Shown here one piece after another: positions 9,230 to 18,792 of a DNA stretch of 64,000 nucleotides. The DNA lies in the NCBI GenBank assembly GCA_937974645.1, contig CALJVH010000013.1, positions 10,897-74,896 on the forward strand, read 5' to 3'. The notes beneath the pieces were generated by a model that saw only the letters and a program-made list of their open reading frames with translations, searched no databases and was not told the DNA's origin. The translations under genes and the position numbers were made by a program. Origin of the DNA: an uncultured archaeon (GTDB taxonomy: Archaea; Thermoproteota; Nitrososphaeria_A; Caldarchaeales; Wolframiiraptoraceae). Each line of letters opens with the position of its first letter. Position 1 is the stretch's first letter.

Positions 9230-10102
9230 TCAGCCCCAGGCTTCGGCCAAGAGCTTGTAGTCCCTCTCATCCAGTCTCCATCCAGCGGCTCCCGCATTCT
9301 CCTCTAAATGCTCCCTTCTGGTCGACTTGGGTATCGCGATTACGTGCTCATGCCAGATCACCCAGTTCAGGGCGACCTGTATTGGCGTCTTCGAATATCT
9401 CTCGGCGACCTCGCGCAGAGCTCTCATCCTTTTATCTAATCTCGATGAGAGCTCCCTGTGAATCCTTCCATGGCCGAGGGGGCTGTAGGCTATCACTGTT
9501 ACGCCTGTCTCAGAGCAGTATGGCATCAGATCCCTCTCGATGCTTCTCTCGTAGAGGCTATACTCGACTTGGTTCGCGACGATGTCCGCGTGGGATAGAT
9601 ATGATCTCGCCTCCTCGACGAGGTCCGCGGTGAAATTACTAACGCCGATATACCTTATCTTACCCTCATCATGAAGTCTCTCCAAGGCCCTCATCGTCTC
9701 GCTTAATGGGATTGAGGGGTTTGGCCAATGGATTAGGTACAGGTCGATGTAGCTCGTCCGAAGCCTCCTCAAGCTCCTCTCGCAAGCCTTCAGAACGTCA
9801 TCATATTTCAGGTTTGTATGCCATACCTTGCTCGTTATGAAGACCTCGTCTCTCCTAAACTCTTTAACCGCTTCTCCGACGAGCTCCTCGGCGTGGCCGC
9901 CGCCGTAAATCTCGGCGGTGTCGATGTGGTTCATCCCGAGCCTCACGGCGTATCTAATCGCCTCTATCGCCTGCTTGTCAGCCGAGTAGTCCGGCGTCAT
10001 GTCGCCGCCGATCCTCCACGTCCCCAAGCCTATCGCGGCTATCTTCTCATCGGTCTTCCCGAGCCTGCGGTGCTCCAGCATCCCATGAATTTTGTAACTC
10101 AT
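9230..10102 (-). CDS. Aldo/keto reductase
   Basis: AKR signatures HIDTAEIYGGGHAEELVGEA, IHWP and LGTWRIGG. Confidence 0.85.
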   Translation of the reverse strand: MSYKIHGMLEHRRLGKTDEKIAAIGLGTWRIGGDMTPDYSADKQAIEAIRYAVRLGMNHIDTAEIYGGGHAEELVGEAVKEFRRDEVFITSKVWHTNLKYDDVLKACERSLRRLRTSYIDLYLIHWPNPSIPLSETMRALERLHDEGKIRYIGVSNFTADLVEEARSYLSHADIVANQVEYSLYERSIERDLMPYCSETGVTVIAYSPLGHGRIHRELSSRLDKRMRALREVAERYSKTPIQVALNWVIWHEHVIAIPKSTRREHLEENAGAAGWRLDERDYKLLAEAWG

Positions 10103-10104
10103 GC

Positions 10105-10707
10105 CTAATGAAGTTTTTCCAAGTATTCTCTCACACCCTCGAGGATGAATTGTACTGCTATCGCGGCTAAGAGCATCGCCATTATCTTCGAGACGACGAT
10201 TGCACCAACCTCGCCCAGCGCCTCATGGATTGGGGCCGCGAACCTGAGAACGATCCAAGTTATGAGCGCTGCGAGTATTACCGCCGAGATCGCAACTATG
10301 ATCCCGAAGGTTTTCAATATTATTATCGTCGTAGTTATCGCACCGGGCCCCACGAGAAGCGGGACGCCCAATGGAACCGCACCAGCGTGCTCAGGAACAT
10401 AAGACCTAATCTGAGCCTCCGTCTTGAGGAGGAGCTCAAGCGCTAAGAAGAGCAGGAGGGCTCCTCCAGCGATCCTAAAGCTGTGAAGCTCTATGCCAAA
10501 TATCCCCAGAACCCACTCGCCCAAGGTCGCGAATGCTATGAGCAGGCTGAAACCCGTGAGGACGGCCATGTTGAAAGTTTTCATTCTTGTATTCCTATCG
10601 AGGCCTCTGGTTAATCCAATAAACATCGGTATATTTCCCAGAGGATCCATGACTATCAGAAGCGAGATAAGTGACTTTAGAAGACCCATTATCAGGGTCT
10701 CGATCAT
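10105..10707 (-). CDS. MarC family (UPF0056) integral membrane protein
   Basis: N-terminal LLIVMDPLGNIPMF motif and six hydrophobic segments. Confidence 0.7.
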   Translation of the reverse strand: MIETLIMGLLKSLISLLIVMDPLGNIPMFIGLTRGLDRNTRMKTFNMAVLTGFSLLIAFATLGEWVLGIFGIELHSFRIAGGALLLFLALELLLKTEAQIRSYVPEHAGAVPLGVPLLVGPGAITTTIIILKTFGIIVAISAVILAALITWIVLRFAAPIHEALGEVGAIVVSKIMAMLLAAIAVQFILEGVREYLEKLH

Positions 10708-10775
10708 AAAGAAAACTTGATGAAGCCTCTTTATAGGTTTGGGATGAACTGGCTGTTTTGCTTTAACCTCGGAGC

Positions 10776-11030
10776 TTACTCTACTAGTGATGCTGCTTTA
10801 AGCCTGTTTATGAGGTCTAGCAGTGGCTCCCTAACTTCCTCGATGCTCGTCTCGCTCAGGTTCGAGAACTCGGTTACGACCTCATCAAAGGTTTTCCCTT
10901 CACAAATGCTCCAGACATATGCCACGATTTCATCAACCCTGTAAGCTTCATTCGCTTCATTAACTAGTACAAGATTTCCTTCCTCGTCTTTGAATAGCTC
11001 GCCCCTACGCTTGAGCTTAACCTCCTCCAT
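10776..11030 (-). CDS. PqqD-like small protein (RiPP recognition element fold)
   Basis: 84 aa. Pattern LVNEANEAYRVDEIVAYVWSICEGKTFDEVVTEFS....EEV...LLDLINRLKAASLV matches the PqqD/RRE wHTH consensus (.vW.l.dG.rt..ei...l...y.vd.e....dv..fl..L...glv). Confidence 0.55.
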   Translation of the reverse strand: MEEVKLKRRGELFKDEEGNLVLVNEANEAYRVDEIVAYVWSICEGKTFDEVVTEFSNLSETSIEEVREPLLDLINRLKAASLVE

Positions 11031-11125
11031 GACAGGTTGTATTCAAGCGGGTCCGATATAAGTATTTCAGAAAAGACCGCGTGGATTAAAATCCGGCGCT
11101 ATCATCCTCTAGAATCAAAGAAAAC

Positions 11126-11999
11126 TTATCGCTTGCTCTTCTTTTCCAGAAATTCTTTTGATAATCCGGCCGCCTTGACTCCAGAAATCTTTAGGAGCTG
11201 GTCTAACTTCAATCCTTCCTCACTTAGCTCCTTGATGAGCCCATATTCGAGATATCTTCCAGCGAAGCTTAGACCCGTTACCGGTTGGTATGGCGAGTAG
11301 AATTGGTCAACGAGCCCTTCTTTAGCGCTTTTCAGGTAGCTGGCAGCCAGCTCACTCATCTGCTCATCACATTCTTCAGCCCATCATTTATCTCGGACGC
11401 CGTGCCATGAATCCTCGCCCAAGATCAGCTTTTCCAAGAATTGGGCTAAGCCTTGGCTATAGAGCCCGAAATAGGGGTCCTCTTCAAACTCGGCATACTT
11501 CTCCGCCCCACCCCTCTTAATGGCCTGGCGGAACTGCCCTAGGCCAAAGGCCACGATGCCTCGGACATCTCGCTGGTTTATCCATTTTAGAGATGCGAGA
11601 GCCCCGATATCGAAAAAGAGGGCTGACTCATCAAGTATCGAGGCCGTCCACCTCAACTTCCACCCGGACCAAATATAGATCGCAAAGATGAGCTCTTGTG
11701 AGAAGCTTAGCTTTCTCAACGCCATGGAGTACACGTTCTCCAAGTTCTGTGACATGGTCATCCAAGCCTCGATAACATCATGAATTATATCATCGATCCC
11801 CCTTGAGAACATCCACAATTTTGGATCGAAGCCGATCCAATCCACGCCAGTAAATGACCTCCGAGATTAAGAGTTCCGGATATCTTGAGATGTAGCGTGT
11901 AAGCCATCCATGAAACATCTCCTCCGGAGATTTTCCTGAGTAATCTTTCCAGTAGATTATGAGGCCCCTCACGCTATCTATGAGCTTCACCGAGCTCAT
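11126..11999 (-). pseudogene. Interrupted hypothetical gene of about 310 aa when joined. Has an in-frame TGA at 11384-11386 and a frameshift near 11790-11845.
   Basis: ORFs 11126..11359 and 11384..11845 are in the same frame, separated only by TGA plus 8 codons. ORF 11790..11999 overlaps in another frame. No family recognised. Confidence 0.35.
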
Positions 12000-12047
12000 C
12001 TCCGCCTAAGAGTCTGATTACACGAACTTAATTATGTTCTAGCTCAA

Positions 12048-13157
12048 TTAAAATGGTCTCCAGAGAACTTCTCCCCGCTCAAAAAGTCTCGGGAGTAGAT
12101 TCACTTCTTCTATTATCGCGTCGGCGCCTCTTTTGATGAAGATCTCTAGGGCGTGGGGGTTCGTGAGAACCCCGGTAAAGACCGCGTCTAAACCGTTTCC
12201 CCTAGCATTCTCGACGAGTAACAGATCTTCAAGCGAATTTCCTACGTACATGACCTTCTCAGCGCCCAGCCGTTTAGAGCACTCGATTAATATTCTTGGA
12301 TCCGGCTTCTCATATCTGCTTGGAAGATCCGCTGAGAAGACGCTCGCTTCCAAGGTGAAATATTCCAAGAGAGCGCCAAGAGACTTTTCCGTCTCCCATC
12401 TCCCTCTACCAGTAGCTATTGCAAGTCCCTTTGGGGCACTCTCCCTAACGGCTTCTAGCACATCCCCCTCGATCAGCAACTTCTCTCCATCAAGTAGCCC
12501 CCTCCATGAAATGTATCGCGGCTCCACGCCATACTTCTCTCTAACTCCCTCCTCTCCCAAGAAAACCTCCTCGTAGAGCATTGTCAATAGCCCAGACCTA
12601 TAGCTGGATAGGGGGCCTAGAAGGGATCGCAGATCACGGATCTGAGTTATCCTGCCCAGCCTCTCGGCCTCAGCGTCAACAATTCCTTCAAACTCTTTTA
12701 ATGACATGAAGCCACCATAAGCTTGGGAGACTTTCTCGGAAAGCCATTTCACGCCCACCTTGATGTAATCAGGTGAGCTCTCCTCCACCGAGCACCTTCT
12801 CAGGTAATCTTCAATATTGTTTATCCTAGGAATGCTGTTAGCGATCTTCTCGGGAGGCTTATCCGCTTTCAGGACTATTGCTTGGATGAGGAGGCTCGTC
12901 TTATCCCAGTCATTATTAAATCCGCCAAGGATCTCAAGCCCTGCCAGAAGATCATTTACATCTTCTCCGAGGGAGCCTCTAAGCCCATATAGCATCTCGA
13001 GAATTATGCAGGCCACCATCCTGTCGGCCACATAATAGGATCCCGTAGAGTCCACTAGCGTTCCATCGCAGTCGAAGATTACGGCCTCAACCTCTTGCAG
13101 CTTGTCAAAGCTCTTCCGATAAACAATTACGCCCTCTCCTAGAAGCTTGTAATTCAT
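12048..13157 (-). CDS. HAD-superfamily hydrolase with large cap domain
   Basis: HAD motif I VIFDCDGTLVDS close to the N-terminus; C-terminal GN..DL motif. Confidence 0.6.
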   Translation of the reverse strand: MNYKLLGEGVIVYRKSFDKLQEVEAVIFDCDGTLVDSTGSYYVADRMVACIILEMLYGLRGSLGEDVNDLLAGLEILGGFNNDWDKTSLLIQAIVLKADKPPEKIANSIPRINNIEDYLRRCSVEESSPDYIKVGVKWLSEKVSQAYGGFMSLKEFEGIVDAEAERLGRITQIRDLRSLLGPLSSYRSGLLTMLYEEVFLGEEGVREKYGVEPRYISWRGLLDGEKLLIEGDVLEAVRESAPKGLAIATGRGRWETEKSLGALLEYFTLEASVFSADLPSRYEKPDPRILIECSKRLGAEKVMYVGNSLEDLLLVENARGNGLDAVFTGVLTNPHALEIFIKRGADAIIEEVNLLPRLFERGEVLWRPF

Positions 13158-13174
13158 TTTTCACCCTCCCTTTC

Positions 13175-16100
13175 CTACTTGCTGGCCGCCGGAGCCGTTT
13201 TGATTGTCACGACTTCTTGATAAAGCTCTCCTAGGATCCTCTGGTAATCCGCCTCACCGTTCTCGACCTGATCCATAGCCGCCTCGAGCTTTCTTGTGAG
13301 CTCCTCGGAAACATAATTTCCAAATCTCTCCGTTAGATACTGATATATCATCATGCCCTTCCTAGTCGCTATGAGCCTTCCAGCCCTCTCGATCACATAG
13401 CCGCGCTCAAGAAGTGTCTCGATTATCTTGCTATAGGTACTGGGCCTTCCAATTCCCCGCTCCTTCATCAACGCAACTATATCCCCCTCTGTTAAGAGCC
13501 ATGCCGATGGAACCTTTCTTACCTCCAGGCCGCTCACCTTGTACTCGCCCTCCTCAACCCTATCCACGATCTTAATCGTCGGGTAGAACTCGAGAAACCC
13601 CTTATCCGTGATGCTCACATCTCTGGGCAGCTCGACAACATTACCCAAAATCTCCACGGAGATTCTCTGAGCGATTATCTTTGCTGGCCTACACTGGCTC
13701 GCGACAAATCTTCTGAAGATCAGGTCATACATCCTATAATGGGTCTCGGTGAGCCTCGCCGCCGGCATCGCGATAAGCCCTATCCGGATATAGTATCGAA
13801 GCTTCTCGGCGTCAAGCGGCTTAACGGGTCTAATGCATTCATGAGCTCCTTCAACCCTATAAGCTCTGGCCACGAATAGGCTCGGATCAATCTTGTTTAG
13901 ATACTCCTTGGCTATGTTTATCCCGACCTGCGAGACCGTCGTCGCATCAGTCCTGTGATATGTTATGAGACCTGCTTCAAACAAGTCCTGAGCCACCCTC
14001 ATCGCATTTGCCACAGATAACCTCAGGTACGATGATGCATCCCTTAAGAGCGAGTCCGTGGTGTAGGGCGGCGGTGGGTTGACGTCAACCTCTTCTTCGC
14101 CAATAACCCTAACCATGGCCTTTAATCTCCCGGCCTCCCACTCTCTCAGGATCTCCTCGGCATTTTTCGGCTCGAGTAAATCGATATAGAAGTTCTCGCC
14201 GAGCCTAATTCTGATCAGAGCCTTCTTCCTCCTATATCCATTAGTTCTCTCAACGACCCATCCGAGCACCGGGGTCTGAACTCTTCCTGCTGAGAGCCAC
14301 CTACTTCCGAAGCGTTCCCAGAGCTTTCTGCTAAGCTCAAATCCTATCCACCTGTCCTCAATCCGCCGGAGGAGCTGCGCCTCGACGAGGCTCACATTCA
14401 CGCTCCTCTTGCTCTGAAGGGCTGAGAGAAGGGCTCTCCTCGTAACCTCATGGAACTCAAGCCTATAGACATTAGGGTTAAACGGTTTGATTAGGCACAT
14501 GAGGTCATAAGCTATCTTCTCCCCCTCAGCATCCGGATCCGTCGCCACGTAGACCTCATTATACTGTTGGGAAAGCCTCCTAATGGCCTCAATTATCTCG
14601 ATCTTATCAAACACGTTGTCTGATCCGCATGATGGACATGGTCTCCCATCTGCCCATTGCTCTCCACAGTTATAGCACCGCTTTATGATGCCATATACTG
14701 GAACGAATCTCTCATTTATTCTCTCGACGCCGTGGAGCCCTCTCTCGGAGCCCGTGATTAGATCCGTTATGTGACCCTGGGTGGCCGCTATGCCCACGAT
14801 TACTCCGCCTATTACCGCCTCGTAGACCGTGAGTGGACCAATTCTTCTCCTGAAAGGTCTTCCGAAAAGGTAGGCGATCGTTCTGGCCTTCGTCGGGGAT
14901 TCAACGAGCATCAGAGCGGCTCTAATGAGATCCTTTACTCGGAGCTCGATTTCCCCACGCTGGATCTCGTTGAGAAGCCCGCGCTCCTTATCAACTTGGT
15001 TGAAGATGAGTTCCACCTTCTTCAGATCGTAGGGCTCGAAGTCCAGCTCCTCTATCTGGGCTTTAAGCCTGGATACCAAACCCTTGAAAGCCTTAGCATC
15101 ATCAACGACCACCATGCTCACACCCTTCGTAATCCCATAGGGATAGAGTCTCGAAGTTCGTCCAGAAGCCTGGATATAGCTTGTCGTATCTGGTATGATT
15201 AGCGTGAAACCTTCCTCAGTCTGATTCAATGTTATGTCAAGATCCTTCTCGATCCTCTCAAGGAGCTGTGGAGTTAGAACGCGTTTGACAAAGTCTTTTG
15301 CTGAGGTGATTGCCTCCTGCGCGTAGCCCTCGAATCCGCTGAGCTTCACGCCTTCCTTCGCCGCCTTCTTAATTCTCTCGAGCGCATCTCTGGCTAGAGG
15401 GATAGACTTCCTCAGCTTAGCTATAATGGGCTCAGACTCTCTTCTCGATTTCTCATCCAGTATCGGGATCAGGTTTAGGATGAGTATCAGGAGCTTTGCA
15501 GGATTATACTCCTCCCTCTCAATTTTTATCTCCCTTCTCGGGACTCCAGCGAACACCGCATACCTTATCCTTGATGGAAGGTCTATACCCCGCGTGAAGG
15601 GACTTCTTGACGAGGCTATACCGACCATCGCATCTATTTCGCCGCTCGCGAAGCGCTGGAGAATATCTTGGCTCATCTTCTTGTATAGGTGGACTTTAAG
15701 CCCAGCCCCCTCCATGGCCTCGGCAATCTTCTCGGCATACGATCTTCCCAAGGCATGCGGCGCGAATACCAAGCAACCTCCACCATGCCTTTTCACAAGC
15801 TTAACAACCTCCTCAATAGGGTCTCCGATCACCTCGATGTAAAAATCATCGACGTTTCTCACGAGCTCTTGGAATCTGCCGACCTCGAAGTCTAGGAGCT
15901 CCTCGAAGATCATCATTCGCCTCGTCCGCCTTCCTCTGAGCGTCGCCCCCGCAACCACCAGTATACCTTTCCTCTTCTTCCTCTCCTCTTCAACGACTTT
16001 TAAGAGCCGCTCATATTCTTCGGAAAGCTCCTTCGATGGCGACCTCGCCAACCTGATCCTAGCATCTATCAACTTGAGGACAAGATCCACTGCTTCAGGT

Positions 16101-16804
16101 CTCAGTCCGAGAAGGCCGACGGCCTTATCGATATTCTTCGGAGACTTTAGAAACGAGTCCACATCATCGACGAAGACGTAGTCAAACGGCTCTATGCTCA
16201 TAAGGAGGTCTCCGTGATCGACGAGGAACCTGTCAGTCGTTATCAGGATAGACGCGCCTTCCCCTTCCCTCAGCGTCTCCAGAACCTTCTCCCTCTCGGC
16301 TTTGCTCAGGCCAGCGTGATAGAGCAGAAGCCTCTCGCCAAGCCTAAGCCCAAGCCTCTCGGCGAAGAGGAGGGCCTTATCATACAATTGCTGGGCTAAG
16401 ATGCTGCTGGGAACTATTACGTAACACCGCTTACGCCTCACGACGTGAAGGTACAGCGCCATAATTAGGCCCAGAACGGTCTTGCCGACGCCAGTTGGAG
16501 CGACTATAGCGAAGTTATCTCCCGAGATTATCCTCTTGGCCCAGACCTCTTGAAGAGCCCAAGGCTCGAAGCCTAGAGCTCTCTTAAAGAACTTCCTAAA
16601 CTCTTCATACTCGAGCTGAATCCTTAGGTATTCCTTAAGCATCTGAAGCTTTCCAAACTTCTTTAATGTCTCGGCGGCCTCGATGAGGCCTGCAACCCTC
16701 CCTGGCAGGCACACATCACATACTCCGACTTCGATTAGCCTAGCATCGGTTATCTCTCTGCCGCAATTGCTACACGCGAAGTTGTAGATGCTTCTAATCT
16801 CCAT
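13175..16804 (-). CDS. rgy: Reverse gyrase
   Basis: 1209 aa. N-terminal zinc finger CSNCG...CDVC. SF2 helicase motifs APTGVGKT and DDVD. C-terminal type IA topoisomerase domain with Toprim, active-site Tyr region and a second zinc ribbon CYNCG...CPSCG. Confidence 0.95.
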   Translation of the reverse strand: MEIRSIYNFACSNCGREITDARLIEVGVCDVCLPGRVAGLIEAAETLKKFGKLQMLKEYLRIQLEYEEFRKFFKRALGFEPWALQEVWAKRIISGDNFAIVAPTGVGKTVLGLIMALYLHVVRRKRCYVIVPSSILAQQLYDKALLFAERLGLRLGERLLLYHAGLSKAEREKVLETLREGEGASILITTDRFLVDHGDLLMSIEPFDYVFVDDVDSFLKSPKNIDKAVGLLGLRPEAVDLVLKLIDARIRLARSPSKELSEEYERLLKVVEEERKKRKGILVVAGATLRGRRTRRMMIFEELLDFEVGRFQELVRNVDDFYIEVIGDPIEEVVKLVKRHGGGCLVFAPHALGRSYAEKIAEAMEGAGLKVHLYKKMSQDILQRFASGEIDAMVGIASSRSPFTRGIDLPSRIRYAVFAGVPRREIKIEREEYNPAKLLILILNLIPILDEKSRRESEPIIAKLRKSIPLARDALERIKKAAKEGVKLSGFEGYAQEAITSAKDFVKRVLTPQLLERIEKDLDITLNQTEEGFTLIIPDTTSYIQASGRTSRLYPYGITKGVSMVVVDDAKAFKGLVSRLKAQIEELDFEPYDLKKVELIFNQVDKERGLLNEIQRGEIELRVKDLIRAALMLVESPTKARTIAYLFGRPFRRRIGPLTVYEAVIGGVIVGIAATQGHITDLITGSERGLHGVERINERFVPVYGIIKRCYNCGEQWADGRPCPSCGSDNVFDKIEIIEAIRRLSQQYNEVYVATDPDAEGEKIAYDLMCLIKPFNPNVYRLEFHEVTRRALLSALQSKRSVNVSLVEAQLLRRIEDRWIGFELSRKLWERFGSRWLSAGRVQTPVLGWVVERTNGYRRKKALIRIRLGENFYIDLLEPKNAEEILREWEAGRLKAMVRVIGEEEVDVNPPPPYTTDSLLRDASSYLRLSVANAMRVAQDLFEAGLITYHRTDATTVSQVGINIAKEYLNKIDPSLFVARAYRVEGAHECIRPVKPLDAEKLRYYIRIGLIAMPAARLTETHYRMYDLIFRRFVASQCRPAKIIAQRISVEILGNVVELPRDVSITDKGFLEFYPTIKIVDRVEEGEYKVSGLEVRKVPSAWLLTEGDIVALMKERGIGRPSTYSKIIETLLERGYVIERAGRLIATRKGMMIYQYLTERFGNYVSEELTRKLEAAMDQVENGEADYQRILGELYQEVVTIKTAPAASK

Positions 16805-16952
16805 CCGAGCGAGAGACTCAATGCAACACTAAAAACTATTCTCCCCAGATCCTCCACCGCTAGATTTTTAAACACGTCAATTCTTATTCTATTGAGCCTG
16901 GGTCAGGAGTAAAGCTAAATCCCGATGATGAGAATGACCTGCACGGACTTCG

Positions 16953-17273
16953 ATGAGGAGCATGCGCCTCTCTGAGGGGGTCTCTGGAGACCATTTCAGG
17001 GTGAGAGTCAAGGTTCTTGGGCCGCTTAAAGAGGTCTTAGGAGAGGATATCTTCGTGATCGAGGCATATGAGGGTGAGAGCCTGCTGGATGCCTTGAAGA
17101 AGCTTCCTAAGCCTCTCCAAGAAAGGATATTTGAGTTTGAGGATGAGGGGGTCGCCCCTGACCTACTCGTGCTGGTTGATGGCGTTGAGATCTCCTGCCT
17201 CGGCAGCCCCGATAAGATACGGCTTAATGGGGTTAAGGAGATACACTTGGTACCGGTAATCCATGGGGGATGA
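16953..17273 (+). CDS. MoaD/ThiS-family beta-grasp protein ending in Gly-Gly (SAMP-like small archaeal modifier or sulfur carrier). Probable start is GTG around 17001 (VRVKVLG).
   Basis: Ends ...VPVIHGG*. MoaD-like VKV..FG.L.E and LVLVDG...S patterns. Confidence 0.6.
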   Translation: MRSMRLSEGVSGDHFRVRVKVLGPLKEVLGEDIFVIEAYEGESLLDALKKLPKPLQERIFEFEDEGVAPDLLVLVDGVEISCLGSPDKIRLNGVKEIHLVPVIHGG

Positions 17274-17848
17274 GTCCCGGCTTGAAGCTTGTGAGCTTCG
17301 GGGATAAGTGGGCCGCAGCATCTGTCCTGAAAAGTCCTAGGAGGAGCTTTCTAGCAAGTCCTGTTGAGGTTCTAGAATCTTTAAGGAGCTCGAGCAAAGG
17401 CGCCATAATTCAGGCATTCAACGCAAGATGCGTGGTATCTGTTAGGCAGATTCACGCGGCCGCTGTTGCGGCCTATCTAGCCTTCAAGGCCGGGACAAAT
17501 ATCTCCAAGAAGATGGAGATCGAGATCCTGCTCAGGCTTGCAGCCGATACTCAGATAGAGAGGGCTCTGGATAAGCTTGGCGTGAGGGGGAATACTGAGG
17601 AGGTGGGCTTCTGCATCCTAGCTGATAATAGGGCTTCGGCGACAAAGATGGCCGAGGAGCTCGCCCGCACTATAGGCGGAGTCGAGGTTGATGATGATTA
17701 TCTCAGGAATGATGAAAGATTATCCAGAGCCGTGGAATTTTACGGAATAGAAGAAGCGGAGGTCAAATCCGTTCAAGCAAGAGATAGAGCCGAGGCGGTT
17801 CTCATCCTTATCTTGGAGAGGATCGCCACCTTAGATCTGAAGAGATGA
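17270..17848 (+). CDS. Hypothetical protein, possibly Cgi121-like. Start overlaps the MoaD-like stop by 4 nt.
   Basis: No strong motif. Size and alpha/beta pattern are loosely compatible with the KEOPS subunit Cgi121. Confidence 0.2.
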   Translation: MSPGLKLVSFGDKWAAASVLKSPRRSFLASPVEVLESLRSSSKGAIIQAFNARCVVSVRQIHAAAVAAYLAFKAGTNISKKMEIEILLRLAADTQIERALDKLGVRGNTEEVGFCILADNRASATKMAEELARTIGGVEVDDDYLRNDERLSRAVEFYGIEEAEVKSVQARDRAEAVLILILERIATLDLKR

Positions 17849-18241
17849 CCCGGCAACGAGCTTGGCGAGCCTATCAGCTCCGCGATTCTCTCCCCTCCCG
17901 ACATGCTTTATCGTGAAATTCTTAAAGCATTTGATAAGATCTATGAGCTGTTCATGTAAAGGGGCCAGCCTGTCGCTTTTAACAGCATAGCTCCCCCTAA
18001 CCTGCTTTACGAGAAGCTCGCTATCGGAGAGAAGTTCGACCTCAGAGGCTCCGAGGGCAAGTGCTTCTCTCAACGCCTCAATAGCCGCTAGATACTCAGC
18101 CTCGTTATTGGTTTTCATGCCCACGTATTTCCCCTTCTTAGAGAGAAGGCGACCATTCTCATCAAATATTAAGTATCCTACCCCAGCTGGTCCATGATTT
18201 CCTCTAGAACAACCATCCGAGAATATTTTCAGCTTTTTCAA
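17831..18241 (-). CDS. rnhA: Ribonuclease HI
   Basis: FSDGCSRGNHGPAGVGY, TNNEAEYLAAIEAL, DSELLV and GADRLA match RNase H type 1 catalytic residues (D, E, D, D). Confidence 0.8.
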   Translation of the reverse strand: MKKLKIFSDGCSRGNHGPAGVGYLIFDENGRLLSKKGKYVGMKTNNEAEYLAAIEALREALALGASEVELLSDSELLVKQVRGSYAVKSDRLAPLHEQLIDLIKCFKNFTIKHVGRGENRGADRLAKLVAGSSLQI

Positions 18242-18792
18242 GAGGCTGCCTTCTTCTCCAACTTTTTAATGATGACTTGATAGCTCTTGGGAAGCTTCTT
18301 GGATGCTAGGTCAAGGGCTTCCTTCGCCGCTTCAATTCCATTCTCCTTCACGAGGACCCTGAATATCGAAGAGCCTTTTAATGCCCTTGCAGCCCTCCCG
18401 ACAGGCTTTCCGAAAGCCCTCCTCATACCCTCCTGAAGCCTATCAGCATGAGCGCCGAAGATCAGCTTATTCTCCCTCAACACGTGATGCGGATGCACCT
18501 TAAGCTCCGCGAAAAAGTTCTCACTACCTAATGCTGATGTTAAGTGTTTTGTTAGGGCGATTCTCGCAGACTCAAGCGCGACATCCCTTATCTGCATATC
18601 CTCCTTAGCGACCAGGAGAAGCTCATAATCATAATCATCTGAGCACTTTCCCGCGGTATACTTCGCTATCCTAGACTGGGGCGCGCCGGCAATATAGTCC
18701 GCCCTCGTATACGGCCTCTCAAGAGCCCTCCAGTTCTTTGCCTTCATCTCCCGAGCTAGCCGGTAGAGCCGCCTATTTAGGCTTCCTTCCAA
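18238..18792 (-). CDS. rpl10e: Ribosomal protein L10e (uL16)
   Basis: RLYRLAREM and PYTRADYIAGAP N-terminus; KxxGxAARxxxG region typical of L10e/L16. Confidence 0.85.
   Translation of the reverse strand: MEGSLNRRLYRLAREMKAKNWRALERPYTRADYIAGAPQSRIAKYTAGKCSDDYDYELLLVAKEDMQIRDVALESARIALTKHLTSALGSENFFAELKVHPHHVLRENKLIFGAHADRLQEGMRRAFGKPVGRAARALKGSSIFRVLVKENGIEAAKEALDLASKKLPKSYQVIIKKLEKKAAS

Noticed and set aside
8917-9297. 126-aa ORF overlapping the QueT-like membrane gene
   Set aside because: Alternative frame of a gene with a clear TM pattern. The translation is Arg/Pro-rich with no domain.
11384-11386. In-frame TGA as a selenocysteine codon
   Set aside because: No recognisable Sec-utilising family and no evident SECIS-like hairpin in the 3' flank by eye. 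A frameshift is also present in the same gene, so pseudogene is the simpler reading.
14771-15842. Plus-strand ORFs of 138-143 aa inside the reverse gyrase gene
   Set aside because: They are antisense shadow frames of a high-confidence CDS, low-complexity and Ser/Leu-rich.
13175-16804. Possible intein in reverse gyrase, since a LAGLIDADG family is present in the window
   Set aside because: At 1209 aa the protein is the normal intein-free length, with helicase and topoisomerase motifs contiguous. No Hint-block or LAGLIDADG motifs were seen inside.
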